Source: Candidatus Asgardarchaeum abyssi (GTDB lineage Archaea; Asgardarchaeota; Asgardarchaeia; Asgardarchaeales; Asgardarchaeaceae). From it: DNA of 64,000 nt. Positions within the stretch are counted from its first letter, which is position 1, and each line of letters opens with the position of its first letter. The stretch spans positions 11,952 to 75,951 of the forward strand of contig JBECUL010000003.1 in NCBI GenBank assembly GCA_040225955.1, read 5' to 3'. Both the position numbers and the translations under genes were made by a program. Below, piece by piece: positions 8,273 to 17,488 of this stretch. Below the pieces are notes generated by a model. That model had not been told where the DNA came from. It worked only from the letters and a program-made list of their open reading frames with translations, and searched no databases.

Positions 8273-10222
8273 CTAAATCATCAGTAAGTATATTAATATC
8301 ATAACAATCGCTGCGATGGCAATGTACACGTTTAGATATCCTATTTGTATTCTTCTAAGCTTGTTACTGAACCAAATAAGCGCTCTACCTATACCAAACC
8401 ATAATCTATCAAGGCCTCCTTTTTCCATGACCTTATATAAGCGACCAAAGAGAATCTTCGGAGAGAAGAAGAAAGCACTAGGATCAGGGCGTGTTTTTTC
8501 CATGGATAAGTAAGGTTCATCTACTTCTCCACCAGTAAAGATACCGAATTTTCCTTCTGTCTCAGTGAAATGTCTAATGGTACCAAGTCTATAAGCAATA
8601 AATCCTAATAGCAAGGAGAATGTCAAGAGTATAACTATTAACGCTGCATAGTATCCACCAACCGCACTAGCGACATATCCCAATGTAGATACAGTAAGAG
8701 TACCCCCAGCTAATGTTATTGCAGCTGGAATGATCAAGTAATTCAATGGGATATATGGTGCAATACCAAAAATGATACAAATGAGTGCTAAGACTACCAT
8801 TGTTACTTGCATAGGTATGGGCACTTCTTTTACATTTTCCAACTTCGTAGGTCTTGATCCAAAGAATGCAGAAAATATAAACTTCATGACTCCTGCAAAG
8901 GTCATAGCACTGGCAAATATTGCAAAGATGCCATAGAATAAGTAAAGCCCTCCAATAGCTCCACCCATTGCTAAGCCAACACTTATTGCGGCCTCGTATA
9001 TCATGAATTTACTAACAAAACCATTTAATGGAGGTATTCCTGATATAGCTAAGGCTCCTATAATACATGAAGCTGCCGTTACGGGCATATTTCTAGCCAA
9101 TCCACCCATTTTTCGCAGATCTTTAGTCTTAGTTGCATATATTAGGCAACCTGCTCCTAGGAATAATAGGCCTTTTATGAATACGTGATTAAAGAGATGG
9201 AAAAGCCCAGCAGCAATACCAAGAGTAGTTCCTATCCCGATAGCAAAAAACATATAGCCAATTTGAGTGATCGTTGAGTATGCTAGGAGCCTTTTTACAT
9301 CATTCTGAGCAATCATTGCAAATGAAGCAACAGCCATTGTTATGATACCAACAGTTGAAACAATAATGTTCCATTGTATCGTTATTGGGTATAGTAAATA
9401 TACTCGCGCAATTAAATAAACACCAGCTTTTACCATTGCCGCTGCGTCCAATAGAGCTGTTAGTGGAGAGGGTGCCACTGTGGCATCTGGCAGCCAAGTG
9501 TGTATTGGAAACTGAACAGATTTAGCCATAGCTGCAACTAAATATAAGGCCAATATTATATTTAATGCAACTTGAGCGTCTTCTGGAAGTTGCGAAATTG
9601 CTGTAGGTATCTCTGAGTAAACTGTAGTTCCGGTGAGAAAGAAAGTCCATATAGCACCAATAAGTAATCCAACACCTCCAGCATGTGTCAACATAATTGC
9701 CTTAAAGGAACCATGTAAGCTTTCAGGCTTTTTATAATAAAATCCAATTAGGCTGTAGGAGCATATTCCAACGATTTCCCAGAAAATGAACAGTAGTATT
9801 AGATCACCTGCAAATGCAAGTCCTATCATAGAACCGATAAATGTCAACATTAGGAAATAAAACCTAGGAATTCCCTCTTCATGAGCCATATCTGCTGTTG
9901 AATAAAGTAAATCAAAGGCTCCAAAGAATGAAGCTGCGATGCCTATAATTAAACTCAAAGCATCTACATAGAATGTGAAGCTGGTTCCTATCAATTTAGG
10001 AGCTACTAGAGGGATTATACTTGTTGACAATGTAGCTATAATTACTCTATTGTTGAGTATAACCTCTGGTATTAAGAGAAAAACAATTCCTGCACTTATA
10101 AATACAAGTATAGTAGAATACCAACCAACTAACTTCTTTGAAAATTTCCCAATCAATGGCGTGAGAAATGCACCCAACATAGGTATTCCAACAGCCAAGT
10201 ATACTAGTAATCCATAATCCAC
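8273..10222 (-). CDS. Large antiporter-like subunit (NuoL/HyfB/MrpA-like)
   Basis: FIFWEIVGICSYSLIGF, AKSVQFPIHTWLPDA, GIPPLNGFVSK. Confidence 0.92.
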   Translation of the reverse strand: MDYGLLVYLAVGIPMLGAFLTPLIGKFSKKLVGWYSTILVFISAGIVFLLIPEVILNNRVIIATLSTSIIPLVAPKLIGTSFTFYVDALSLIIGIAASFFGAFDLLYSTADMAHEEGIPRFYFLMLTFIGSMIGLAFAGDLILLFIFWEIVGICSYSLIGFYYKKPESLHGSFKAIMLTHAGGVGLLIGAIWTFFLTGTTVYSEIPTAISQLPEDAQVALNIILALYLVAAMAKSVQFPIHTWLPDATVAPSPLTALLDAAAMVKAGVYLIARVYLLYPITIQWNIIVSTVGIITMAVASFAMIAQNDVKRLLAYSTITQIGYMFFAIGIGTTLGIAAGLFHLFNHVFIKGLLFLGAGCLIYATKTKDLRKMGGLARNMPVTAASCIIGALAISGIPPLNGFVSKFMIYEAAISVGLAMGGAIGGLYLFYGIFAIFASAMTFAGVMKFIFSAFFGSRPTKLENVKEVPIPMQVTMVVLALICIIFGIAPYIPLNYLIIPAAITLAGGTLTVSTLGYVASAVGGYYAALIVILLTFSLLLGFIAYRLGTIRHFTETEGKFGIFTGGEVDEPYLSMEKTRPDPSAFFFSPKILFGRLYKVMEKGGLDRLWFGIGRALIWFSNKLRRIQIGYLNVYIAIAAIVMILIYLLMI

Positions 10223-10224
10223 AT

Positions 10225-10707
10225 TTATCCCTCCGCCACAACCTTATATGCGATTGCTAATTGTTTCTTTGCTTGTTCTCTCGGTACCAACTGTAATGCA
10301 TAAGTCGGGCAAAACTTTACACATTCTGGGTCGCCATCGCAAAGATTACACTTTTCCGATATTCTAGCATTAACGTCAAACCATGGTACAGAAAGTGGAC
10401 ACATCATGTTGCAGAGGCGACATCCTATACACTTAGCAGGTTGAATTCTCACGATCCCAGTATTTTCATCCTTCACTATAGCATCTACTGGACATACTGC
10501 CATACAAATTGGGTCGTCACAGTGGTGACAATATATGGCTTCAAACCTTAGAGTTTTTAGATCAAAATATATACGAATATTCGACTTGGATAGATCTACA
10601 ACTCCAAAGTGCTTATGAGAGCAAGCTATCATGCAGAAACGGCAACTTACACATCTATCCGAATCATGAACAAGAACCATTTGCTCTGTTTCATTCGTCA
10701 TTTGCAA
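10225..10707 (-). CDS. 4x[4Fe-4S] electron-transfer subunit (HyfA/HycB/AOR-associated ferredoxin-like)
   Basis: CVSCRFCMIAC, CHHCDDPICMAVCP, CIGCRLCNMMCP, KCNLCDGDPECVKFCP. Confidence 0.9.
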   Translation of the reverse strand: MQMTNETEQMVLVHDSDRCVSCRFCMIACSHKHFGVVDLSKSNIRIYFDLKTLRFEAIYCHHCDDPICMAVCPVDAIVKDENTGIVRIQPAKCIGCRLCNMMCPLSVPWFDVNARISEKCNLCDGDPECVKFCPTYALQLVPREQAKKQLAIAYKVVAEG

Positions 10708-11008
10708 TCTCGCTCGCTATTATTTTTTGACAAGGTTTGATTATTTTTCGTTGATAGAGATTATATAACTTTTTATTAAAAAGTCTAAAAAGAGTCGATG
10801 AATATTTTTCTAATTATTGGCACTTTCCAAAAAAAATAAATTGTTTTAACATCTTCTACAATATTTTTTATTTATTTTCTACAGATTTAGTTTAAAACAA
10901 GTTTCATTATTATTGCCATTACTAAAAGATAAATATGGATATTATTGTAAATATCCTCAATAATACTGTCGTTAAACATAAAAAAAGCATAAAAAAATTG
11001 TTAATTTA

Positions 11009-12373
11009 TCACTTAAACTGAAGTCCTAGCTCTTCTAGTTCTTTTTTTACCTCCAAATAGAGCTTATAGTGTTCTTCCTTCGGTTCTAAGGTATCTAAGT
11101 TATAAAGCTCCTCAAACGGTTTTCCAACGGGAGCTACTTCAAAATCTAACTTATCTTTGTACTTGTTATAAAGTTCTAAAACTATTTCATTGGCATCTTC
11201 TCTTTTGAGTTTAGCTGCAGCATGGGCTATTTCTCCAAACAGTCTTGCCATCAGTGGACTGTTATGATTATCATATTTTAGATCGGCAGGTCTTGGTCCC
11301 GCAACATGACTTCCGCTTGGAACAACGGCTATTTCCAGAGCAGCAAATTCATAAGCATACTGTTTTGATCCAGGTCTCCCAGAAGTTGTATGACTCGTAA
11401 GGTTAATTAATTTAGTATTTCTAGCTATAGCTTGTTTCACTCGACTGGCCATCCAGAGCGAGTGAATATTCGTCTGCGATTTATACTTTATATGTTGAGG
11501 CCCCATATGGAGTATTTCTGCGCCTAACATGAGCTCAGCAATATGTGTAGCCACACCAACTATAGCTGTACCTTCAGGGCCTCCTCCATAACCTCCTACT
11601 AATGGGGTTGCTGCAATGTAAATTGGATTCCCTCGATATTTATAGAAAGCTATTCTTCCAAGTCCAATATCATCAATTTGTAATTCCGAGATAATCATTA
11701 TTACAACTGGATCTGTTTTTCTTAAAAATCCCTCAAGAGCCATTGCAATATCATGCATAGCCATTTCTGCAAATGCAACTATTGGCATTCCAGGTCTTCC
11801 AGCTCTAGAAGTTGCTTCTCTTGCCCATTTTATGTATAGTAAAGCCTTGTATATTGCAAGCGCTGACTCGGGTCTTACATCTATTCCGTAGAGCGAACGA
11901 ATATATCCCGGCAGTTCTAGTAGATCGATTATTTCCTCTCTTGCATAAGCCTCGTTCATGAGAACAAATACTTTTTCAGATACATCACAGTTAAATGGGC
12001 CTCCAAAAATTATTGGTGGCTTCGTATCTTCAACACCACGAGGATATAGAACTCTTCTATTTTTTCCTTCACCTACTTCTAGTTTGTCTTTTGCATTTTT
12101 CAATGCATGCTTAACTTCACTCTCGTCAAAGATTATTCTTCTTCTCGTGTTTATACAATATATTCCTGTCTCCAAAAATAATCTGTATCCAAGTTCCCAG
12201 AGTTCATCAGCAACGCTATTATCAGTATTGACAGGTTCTTCTGGATTAAATTTGATGTCTGTTTCTTTTAATAATTCTCTTACTTTTGCAGCTAAAAGCC
12301 TGAGACTAAAATCTTCTGCACTCATCATAGGACCTGTTTCAGCTCTTTTAGCAATCTCAACAAAATTTACCAT
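11009..12373 (-). CDS. mtmB: Monomethylamine:corrinoid methyltransferase (MtmB) family protein, non-pyrrolysine, paralogue 1
   Basis: RAETGP, YCINTRRRI, AGRPGMP, GGYGGGPEG, GKPFEELY. No in-frame TAG. Confidence 0.85.
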   Translation of the reverse strand: MVNFVEIAKRAETGPMMSAEDFSLRLLAAKVRELLKETDIKFNPEEPVNTDNSVADELWELGYRLFLETGIYCINTRRRIIFDESEVKHALKNAKDKLEVGEGKNRRVLYPRGVEDTKPPIIFGGPFNCDVSEKVFVLMNEAYAREEIIDLLELPGYIRSLYGIDVRPESALAIYKALLYIKWAREATSRAGRPGMPIVAFAEMAMHDIAMALEGFLRKTDPVVIMIISELQIDDIGLGRIAFYKYRGNPIYIAATPLVGGYGGGPEGTAIVGVATHIAELMLGAEILHMGPQHIKYKSQTNIHSLWMASRVKQAIARNTKLINLTSHTTSGRPGSKQYAYEFAALEIAVVPSGSHVAGPRPADLKYDNHNSPLMARLFGEIAHAAAKLKREDANEIVLELYNKYKDKLDFEVAPVGKPFEELYNLDTLEPKEEHYKLYLEVKKELEELGLQFK

Positions 12374-12399
12374 CTTATCACCAACCTTACATTAATAAC

Positions 12400-14211
12400 T
12401 TATTCTTTATAACTCCAACCTCTAAGCTTGTAATATTCTCTAACAAACTCCTCAACATCTATAGTTTTCGGAATATCACACACATATCTTGGAACAACTT
12501 TAAATCTTAGAGGCAGTAATTCGTCCTCCTTAGAAATTCCAATCTTCTCATTAAATTCTCGTTTCAAACTAACAATCTTCTCTCCTATCTTTAACATATC
12601 TTCTAAAGATATTTCTATTCCAGTTACGGCCTCATAAAATTCTGGCACTAACGATGGTGGTGTTTGACCTGCCCATGATTCAAAGGCAAATAAACAGAAA
12701 ATCATAGACTCAACAACCTCTGTGAAGTCTTCAGTAATGACAACAGCCCTTGCAACATCATACGGTGTTGGATCTTCGATTTGCTCTATTCCAAGGTCGG
12801 GATTTCCATATATTAGAAATCCTGCGTCGGCACGGCTATGATCTGGGCCGTAGGGGCTAATTGCATATTTTAATCCCATCCCTATATACGTTCTTGGATC
12901 ATGCATTGGAATAGCATCATTCTTAACAACAATAAAGCTATCTTTTGATTCTGGACCTAAAGTTTCAATTATTTTTCTGGGTCCCTCTGCAATTATATTG
13001 CCGAAACCAATTCTTTTAGCAATCTTATCAATAACATCCAAAATTGCATCTCCGCATCCCCACTTTAAAGATATATCCTCTTTTTCTAAAAGGCCTTTTT
13101 CTTGCAGCTCTGTTAAAGCTGCTATTATCGATCCAGTAATAATGGTGTCCATACCATATCGGTTACATAGCTCATTAGCCTTTATGAGAGGCTCTACCTC
13201 GTTAATGAGGTTTAAACTGCCCAATGCAGCTAAACTTTCGTACTCAGGGCCTTTTTGTTTCTCAGCTTTAAACTTTCCTTCTTTAATTTCTACTATGACC
13301 TTGCATGCAACTGGGCAATTAAAACACGCCTTATGCTGAACAAAATAACCCTTATTCTTCATTGTAATAACACTAATATTTTGTGCATTTTTCACATCCC
13401 AATCATCTAAGAGCCAGTTCTTAAGAGGCAAATCCTTTTTTCTAAGTAGAAATGATAAATCTCCTCCAGTCCCACCTTCAGAGATGAATTTTATCCCTGG
13501 TTTCTCTTTTATAATTTTAAGTAATTGCTTATTGAGCTCTTTGACTTTATCTGGGTCATAAACTCTAACTTTATTAGTTCCGCGAACTACAATTGCCTTT
13601 AACTTTTTGGCACCCATAACAGCACCAAGACCTCGTCTACCAGCAGCGCATCCCATATCGTTTAGTATAGATGCGAATCTTACTAAATTTTCACCAGCTT
13701 GGCCGATAGTTAAAACTTTACTCTTCTCTCCATGAATCTTCTTTAGGTAAATCTCTGTTTCATAAGTATCTAGTCCCCATATTTCGCTCGCATCATTTAA
13801 TTCAATTTTATCATCAAATATAGATATATAAACTGGTTTTTCACTAGCCCCCTCAACGATTATTGCGTCGTAACCAGCAAATTTTAACTCTGCCCCCCAA
13901 AATCCTCCAGCGTCAGATTGTCCCCAAAATCCCGTCAGCGGGGATTTTGCAGAAATAATATGTCTTCCAGTCATAAATACCGACGTTCCAGTAAGAGGCC
14001 CTACTGCGAATACTAACTTGTTATTTGGAGATAGTGGATCTACCTTTGGATCAACTTCTGAGGTGATTATCTTTGTTGCAAAGCCAACTCCACCAAGAAA
14101 CTCTTTGATTATACCATTTTTCAAATCTTCAACTTTAATATCACCCGATGATAGATTTATCCTTAAGATTCTTCCGCAGTACCCATAATATTCAATCATT
14201 ATTAACACCAC
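12400..14211 (-). CDS. aor: Tungsten aldehyde:ferredoxin oxidoreductase family protein
   Basis: GRILRINLS, SAKSPLTG, AGRRGLGAVMGAKKLKAI, CFNCPVAC, GPEYE, DPR. Confidence 0.92.
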   Translation of the reverse strand: MVLIMIEYYGYCGRILRINLSSGDIKVEDLKNGIIKEFLGGVGFATKIITSEVDPKVDPLSPNNKLVFAVGPLTGTSVFMTGRHIISAKSPLTGFWGQSDAGGFWGAELKFAGYDAIIVEGASEKPVYISIFDDKIELNDASEIWGLDTYETEIYLKKIHGEKSKVLTIGQAGENLVRFASILNDMGCAAGRRGLGAVMGAKKLKAIVVRGTNKVRVYDPDKVKELNKQLLKIIKEKPGIKFISEGGTGGDLSFLLRKKDLPLKNWLLDDWDVKNAQNISVITMKNKGYFVQHKACFNCPVACKVIVEIKEGKFKAEKQKGPEYESLAALGSLNLINEVEPLIKANELCNRYGMDTIITGSIIAALTELQEKGLLEKEDISLKWGCGDAILDVIDKIAKRIGFGNIIAEGPRKIIETLGPESKDSFIVVKNDAIPMHDPRTYIGMGLKYAISPYGPDHSRADAGFLIYGNPDLGIEQIEDPTPYDVARAVVITEDFTEVVESMIFCLFAFESWAGQTPPSLVPEFYEAVTGIEISLEDMLKIGEKIVSLKREFNEKIGISKEDELLPLRFKVVPRYVCDIPKTIDVEEFVREYYKLRGWSYKE

Positions 14212-14241
14212 CGAGATTTATGCATAGATTTAAATGAATAT

Positions 14242-15249
14242 TCATTTCTTAAAAACAGGAATTACTTCATTGCCTATTAATTTCAAAGCCTTCTCTATAT
14301 CTTTGCCCAGAGGATATCCAAAGACTATATGCGTAACCCCTAAATCTACCATTCTCCTTATCTTCTTAATAATCTCCTCTGGTGTTCCAGTCAATGAAAA
14401 ATCGTTTATTATATCGTCTGTTATAAGGTTAGTTGCTTGCTCGCTTTTTCCCTCGTCCATGAGTTTGTATATTTTAATAATTACATCTGTCTCATGTCCT
14501 GCTTCCTTTAAAATTTCCATGGGCTCTCTGTAAATAACTGCAGGCATGTGCGGCTTAACAAATTCTTTTGCCTCATCAGAATCTTCAGATATTGAGCTAT
14601 ACATCCAATTTGCAATAGAAAAGTTCGAAGGATCACGTCCCGCTTTTTTAAGTCCTCTCATCACATACTTTTTTGAGCAATCAATCATTTTCTCAGAACA
14701 GGATCCAAAGATCACACCATCGGCAATTTTCCCACTAAGTGTTAACATCTGAGGCCTTCTTGCACCAATAAATATAGGCACGTTAACTGGCTCATCTTTG
14801 AATTGCAGATTGCAAACTCTAAAATTATAACTCTCCATACTTAGTTTTTCTCCACGTAAAAGTTTTCTAATCGCAATTACTGCATCTCTAACAGTAGCTA
14901 TTGGCTTATTCCACATCTCATAACACAACGGAGGAAGAGCGGATCCACCACCAGCTCCTATACCAAGTATAACGCGACCGTTAGAAATAGAATATAATGT
15001 TCTAATAGTTCTTGCTATCATAGCGGGATGTCTTGTATAGGGGTTGCAGATTGATGGCCCAACAATAACTTTTTTTGTTGCAAGAGCTATTGCTGCAAGT
15101 GTAATGAAGGTATCATTACAATCATAACTAGGATTCAAATCAGGAAGCCATACATAGTCAAAACCTAATTTTTCAGCCTCAACAGACCACTTAACTATAT
15201 CCTCTATAGGGAAATGTGTATATGGACTGAATACAAATTTCACGCTCAT
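14242..15249 (-). CDS. LLM-class (Mer-like) F420-dependent oxidoreductase
   Basis: GFDYVWLPD, CNPYTRHPA, GRVILGIGAG, PIFIGA, ADGVI, LTGTPEE. Confidence 0.85.
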   Translation of the reverse strand: MSVKFVFSPYTHFPIEDIVKWSVEAEKLGFDYVWLPDLNPSYDCNDTFITLAAIALATKKVIVGPSICNPYTRHPAMIARTIRTLYSISNGRVILGIGAGGGSALPPLCYEMWNKPIATVRDAVIAIRKLLRGEKLSMESYNFRVCNLQFKDEPVNVPIFIGARRPQMLTLSGKIADGVIFGSCSEKMIDCSKKYVMRGLKKAGRDPSNFSIANWMYSSISEDSDEAKEFVKPHMPAVIYREPMEILKEAGHETDVIIKIYKLMDEGKSEQATNLITDDIINDFSLTGTPEEIIKKIRRMVDLGVTHIVFGYPLGKDIEKALKLIGNEVIPVFKK

Positions 15250-15306
15250 GTTAAATTCCTCGAATATATTTTTATATATTTTATATACATTATAACTTAT
15301 TTATTT

Positions 15307-15323
15307 TCCAATTTAAAATTGGA
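15307..15323. promoter_or_regulatory. Perfect inverted repeat TCCAATTT-A-AAATTGGA upstream of the LLM gene; candidate TF operator
   Basis: 8-bp arms with a 1-nt spacer, ~60 bp upstream of the start at 15249. Confidence 0.35.
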
Positions 15324-15436
15324 CTTATCTCAACGTTCTTATCTTCTTATGAACGTTATCTTTTTGATCTTTCAAAAATTGATGTAATAAAAGCCACAAA
15401 GTTTACTGTAATATAAAAGAAAAAAGAAAATGATAG

Positions 15437-16801
15437 CTAAAGCTCTAGTCCTAATTCCTCTAATTCTCTTTTCACTTCTTCATATTCTTTCAAATGTTCT
15501 GGCTTTGGTTGTAAGGTGTCTAAATCGTAAAGTTCTTCAAATGGTTTCCCAACTGGAGACACTTGAAAATCTAACTTATCTTTATACTTCTTATAAAGCT
15601 CTAAAACAATTTCATTAGCGGTTTCAAGTTTTATTTTTGCTGCTGCGTGAGCTATTTCACCAAATAACCTTGCCATTAATGGGCTATTGTGGTTATCATA
15701 TTTTAAGTCAGCAGGTCGTGGTCCGGAAACATGACTTCCAGCAGTGACTACAGCTATTTCTAGGGCAGCAAACTCGTAAGCGAATTGCTTTGATCCTGGT
15801 CGCCCAGCAGTAGTATGACTAGTAGTATGAATCATTTTTGAATTTTTACTAACTGCTTGTTTTGCTCTACTTGCGACCCATAATGAGTGAATGTTCGTTT
15901 GCGACTTATATTTTATATGTTGCGGCCCCAAATGTATAATATCCCCATTAAGCATTACAGCTGCTATATGTTCTGCAACAGATACTATTGCTACGGTAAC
16001 TGGATCTCCAGCGAATCCACCCACTAATGGTGTAAACGCTATGTATATGGGTGGTCCAGTAGCGATATAGTATCCCAACCTAACTAGGGAAACATCGTCT
16101 ATTTTTAACTCAGGTAACATAACTATCGCTCTTGGATCAGTCTTTCTTAATCCCCACTCCTCATTGCTTGCCCCAATTTCATGCATTCCCATTAGGGCAT
16201 GGGCAACTACTGGCATCCCCGGTCTTCCAGCTCTCGAAAGAGCTTCACGTGTCCACTTAGCATAAAGTATTACTGTCTGTGGGGATAATCCTGAATTGGG
16301 CCTTATTTCTAGGCCATACATTTTCTTTAAATAGCCAGGAAGAAAGAGGACGTCAATTATTTCTTCTCTTGCATATGCTTCGTTCATAGGAACAAACACT
16401 TCTTCTGTGACATCGCAGTTAAATGGTCCTCCAAAAATTATTGGTGGTGTACTATCTTCTATACCACGAGGGTAGAGAACTCTTCTATCTTTTCCTTCAC
16501 CAATTTCAAGTCTATCTCTTACATTTTTTAGTGCATGCTTGACTTCACTTTCTTCAAAAAGGATTAATCTACGAGTGTTAACACAATAGATACCTGTCTC
16601 TAAAAAGAATTTGAAACCTGCTTCCCATAAATCATCAGCAAGTGTTAAATCCGTATTGACTGGCTCATTTGGATCAAACGTAACATCCAATTCTTTTTTT
16701 ATTTCTCTTAGTTTCATTGCTATTTTTTTCATATCAAAATCTTCTTCTGCTATCATGGGGCCTGTTTCAGCGCGTCGAGCCACTTCAATAAAATTGACCA
16801 A
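15437..16801 (-). CDS. mtmB: MtmB-family methyltransferase, non-pyrrolysine, paralogue 2
   Basis: Same motifs and length (454 aa) as 11009..12373; AGRPGMPVVAH; no in-frame TAG. Confidence 0.85.
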   Translation of the reverse strand: MVNFIEVARRAETGPMIAEEDFDMKKIAMKLREIKKELDVTFDPNEPVNTDLTLADDLWEAGFKFFLETGIYCVNTRRLILFEESEVKHALKNVRDRLEIGEGKDRRVLYPRGIEDSTPPIIFGGPFNCDVTEEVFVPMNEAYAREEIIDVLFLPGYLKKMYGLEIRPNSGLSPQTVILYAKWTREALSRAGRPGMPVVAHALMGMHEIGASNEEWGLRKTDPRAIVMLPELKIDDVSLVRLGYYIATGPPIYIAFTPLVGGFAGDPVTVAIVSVAEHIAAVMLNGDIIHLGPQHIKYKSQTNIHSLWVASRAKQAVSKNSKMIHTTSHTTAGRPGSKQFAYEFAALEIAVVTAGSHVSGPRPADLKYDNHNSPLMARLFGEIAHAAAKIKLETANEIVLELYKKYKDKLDFQVSPVGKPFEELYDLDTLQPKPEHLKEYEEVKRELEELGLEL

Positions 16802-16804
16802 GTT

Positions 16805-17476
16805 TCAGCCCCCCTTCTTTTTCTTTTGTTCCATCAATCTTTCACAAAGTTTCACGGCCTCGATAGCATCTCTAGCATACCCATCTGCGCCTATTTCATC
16901 TGCCCACTTCTGAGAACATGGAGCACCTCCAACTATAACAAGATATTTATCTCTTTTTCCTTGACTTTTGAGATACTCTATGAGGTCTCTCTGTTTCATC
17001 ATTGTTGTGGTAAGCAGTGCTGATGTTGCAATTATATCCGCGTTTACTTCTTCAGCGGCTTGTAAAAATCTTGGTATTGGAACATCTTTTCCAAGGTCAT
17101 AAACATCGAATCCAGCTGATTGAAGCATAGCAATGACTATAGTTTTACCGATATCATGAATGTCGCCCTCAACAGTTCCTATTACAACTACGCCTTTCTT
17201 TTCTACTTTTTGTCCACGTCTTACTATCTCTTCTTTAAGAACATCGACAGCTGCTTTCATAGCATCAGCGCCCATTATTAACTCTGGCAGAAAAATTTCC
17301 ATTCTGTCAAATTTTTCGCCCAATTCTCTAATTGCAACCGCAAATCCTTTTTCAATAGCCTCAAGAGGGTCTATTCCAGCCTCAATAGCCTCCTTTGCTA
17401 GTTTTACTGCTAAATCCTTATCATAGTTATAAATTGCCTCTTGCATCTTCTTAAATAACTCTTCTTTATCCACCAT
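16805..17476 (-). CDS. Methyltransferase cognate corrinoid protein (MtmC/MttC-like)
   Basis: B12-binding motif GTVEGDIHDIGK, SALLTTTM, VGGAP. Confidence 0.95.
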   Translation of the reverse strand: MVDKEELFKKMQEAIYNYDKDLAVKLAKEAIEAGIDPLEAIEKGFAVAIRELGEKFDRMEIFLPELIMGADAMKAAVDVLKEEIVRRGQKVEKKGVVVIGTVEGDIHDIGKTIVIAMLQSAGFDVYDLGKDVPIPRFLQAAEEVNADIIATSALLTTTMMKQRDLIEYLKSQGKRDKYLVIVGGAPCSQKWADEIGADGYARDAIEAVKLCERLMEQKKKKGG

Positions 17477-17488
17477 AACTTTTTCCTC

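Noticed and set aside
1446-10707. Operon as complex I/Fpo or Mbs (non-hydrogenase)
   Set aside because: Both Ni-binding CxxC motifs and a cleavable C-terminal extension are present in the large subunit.
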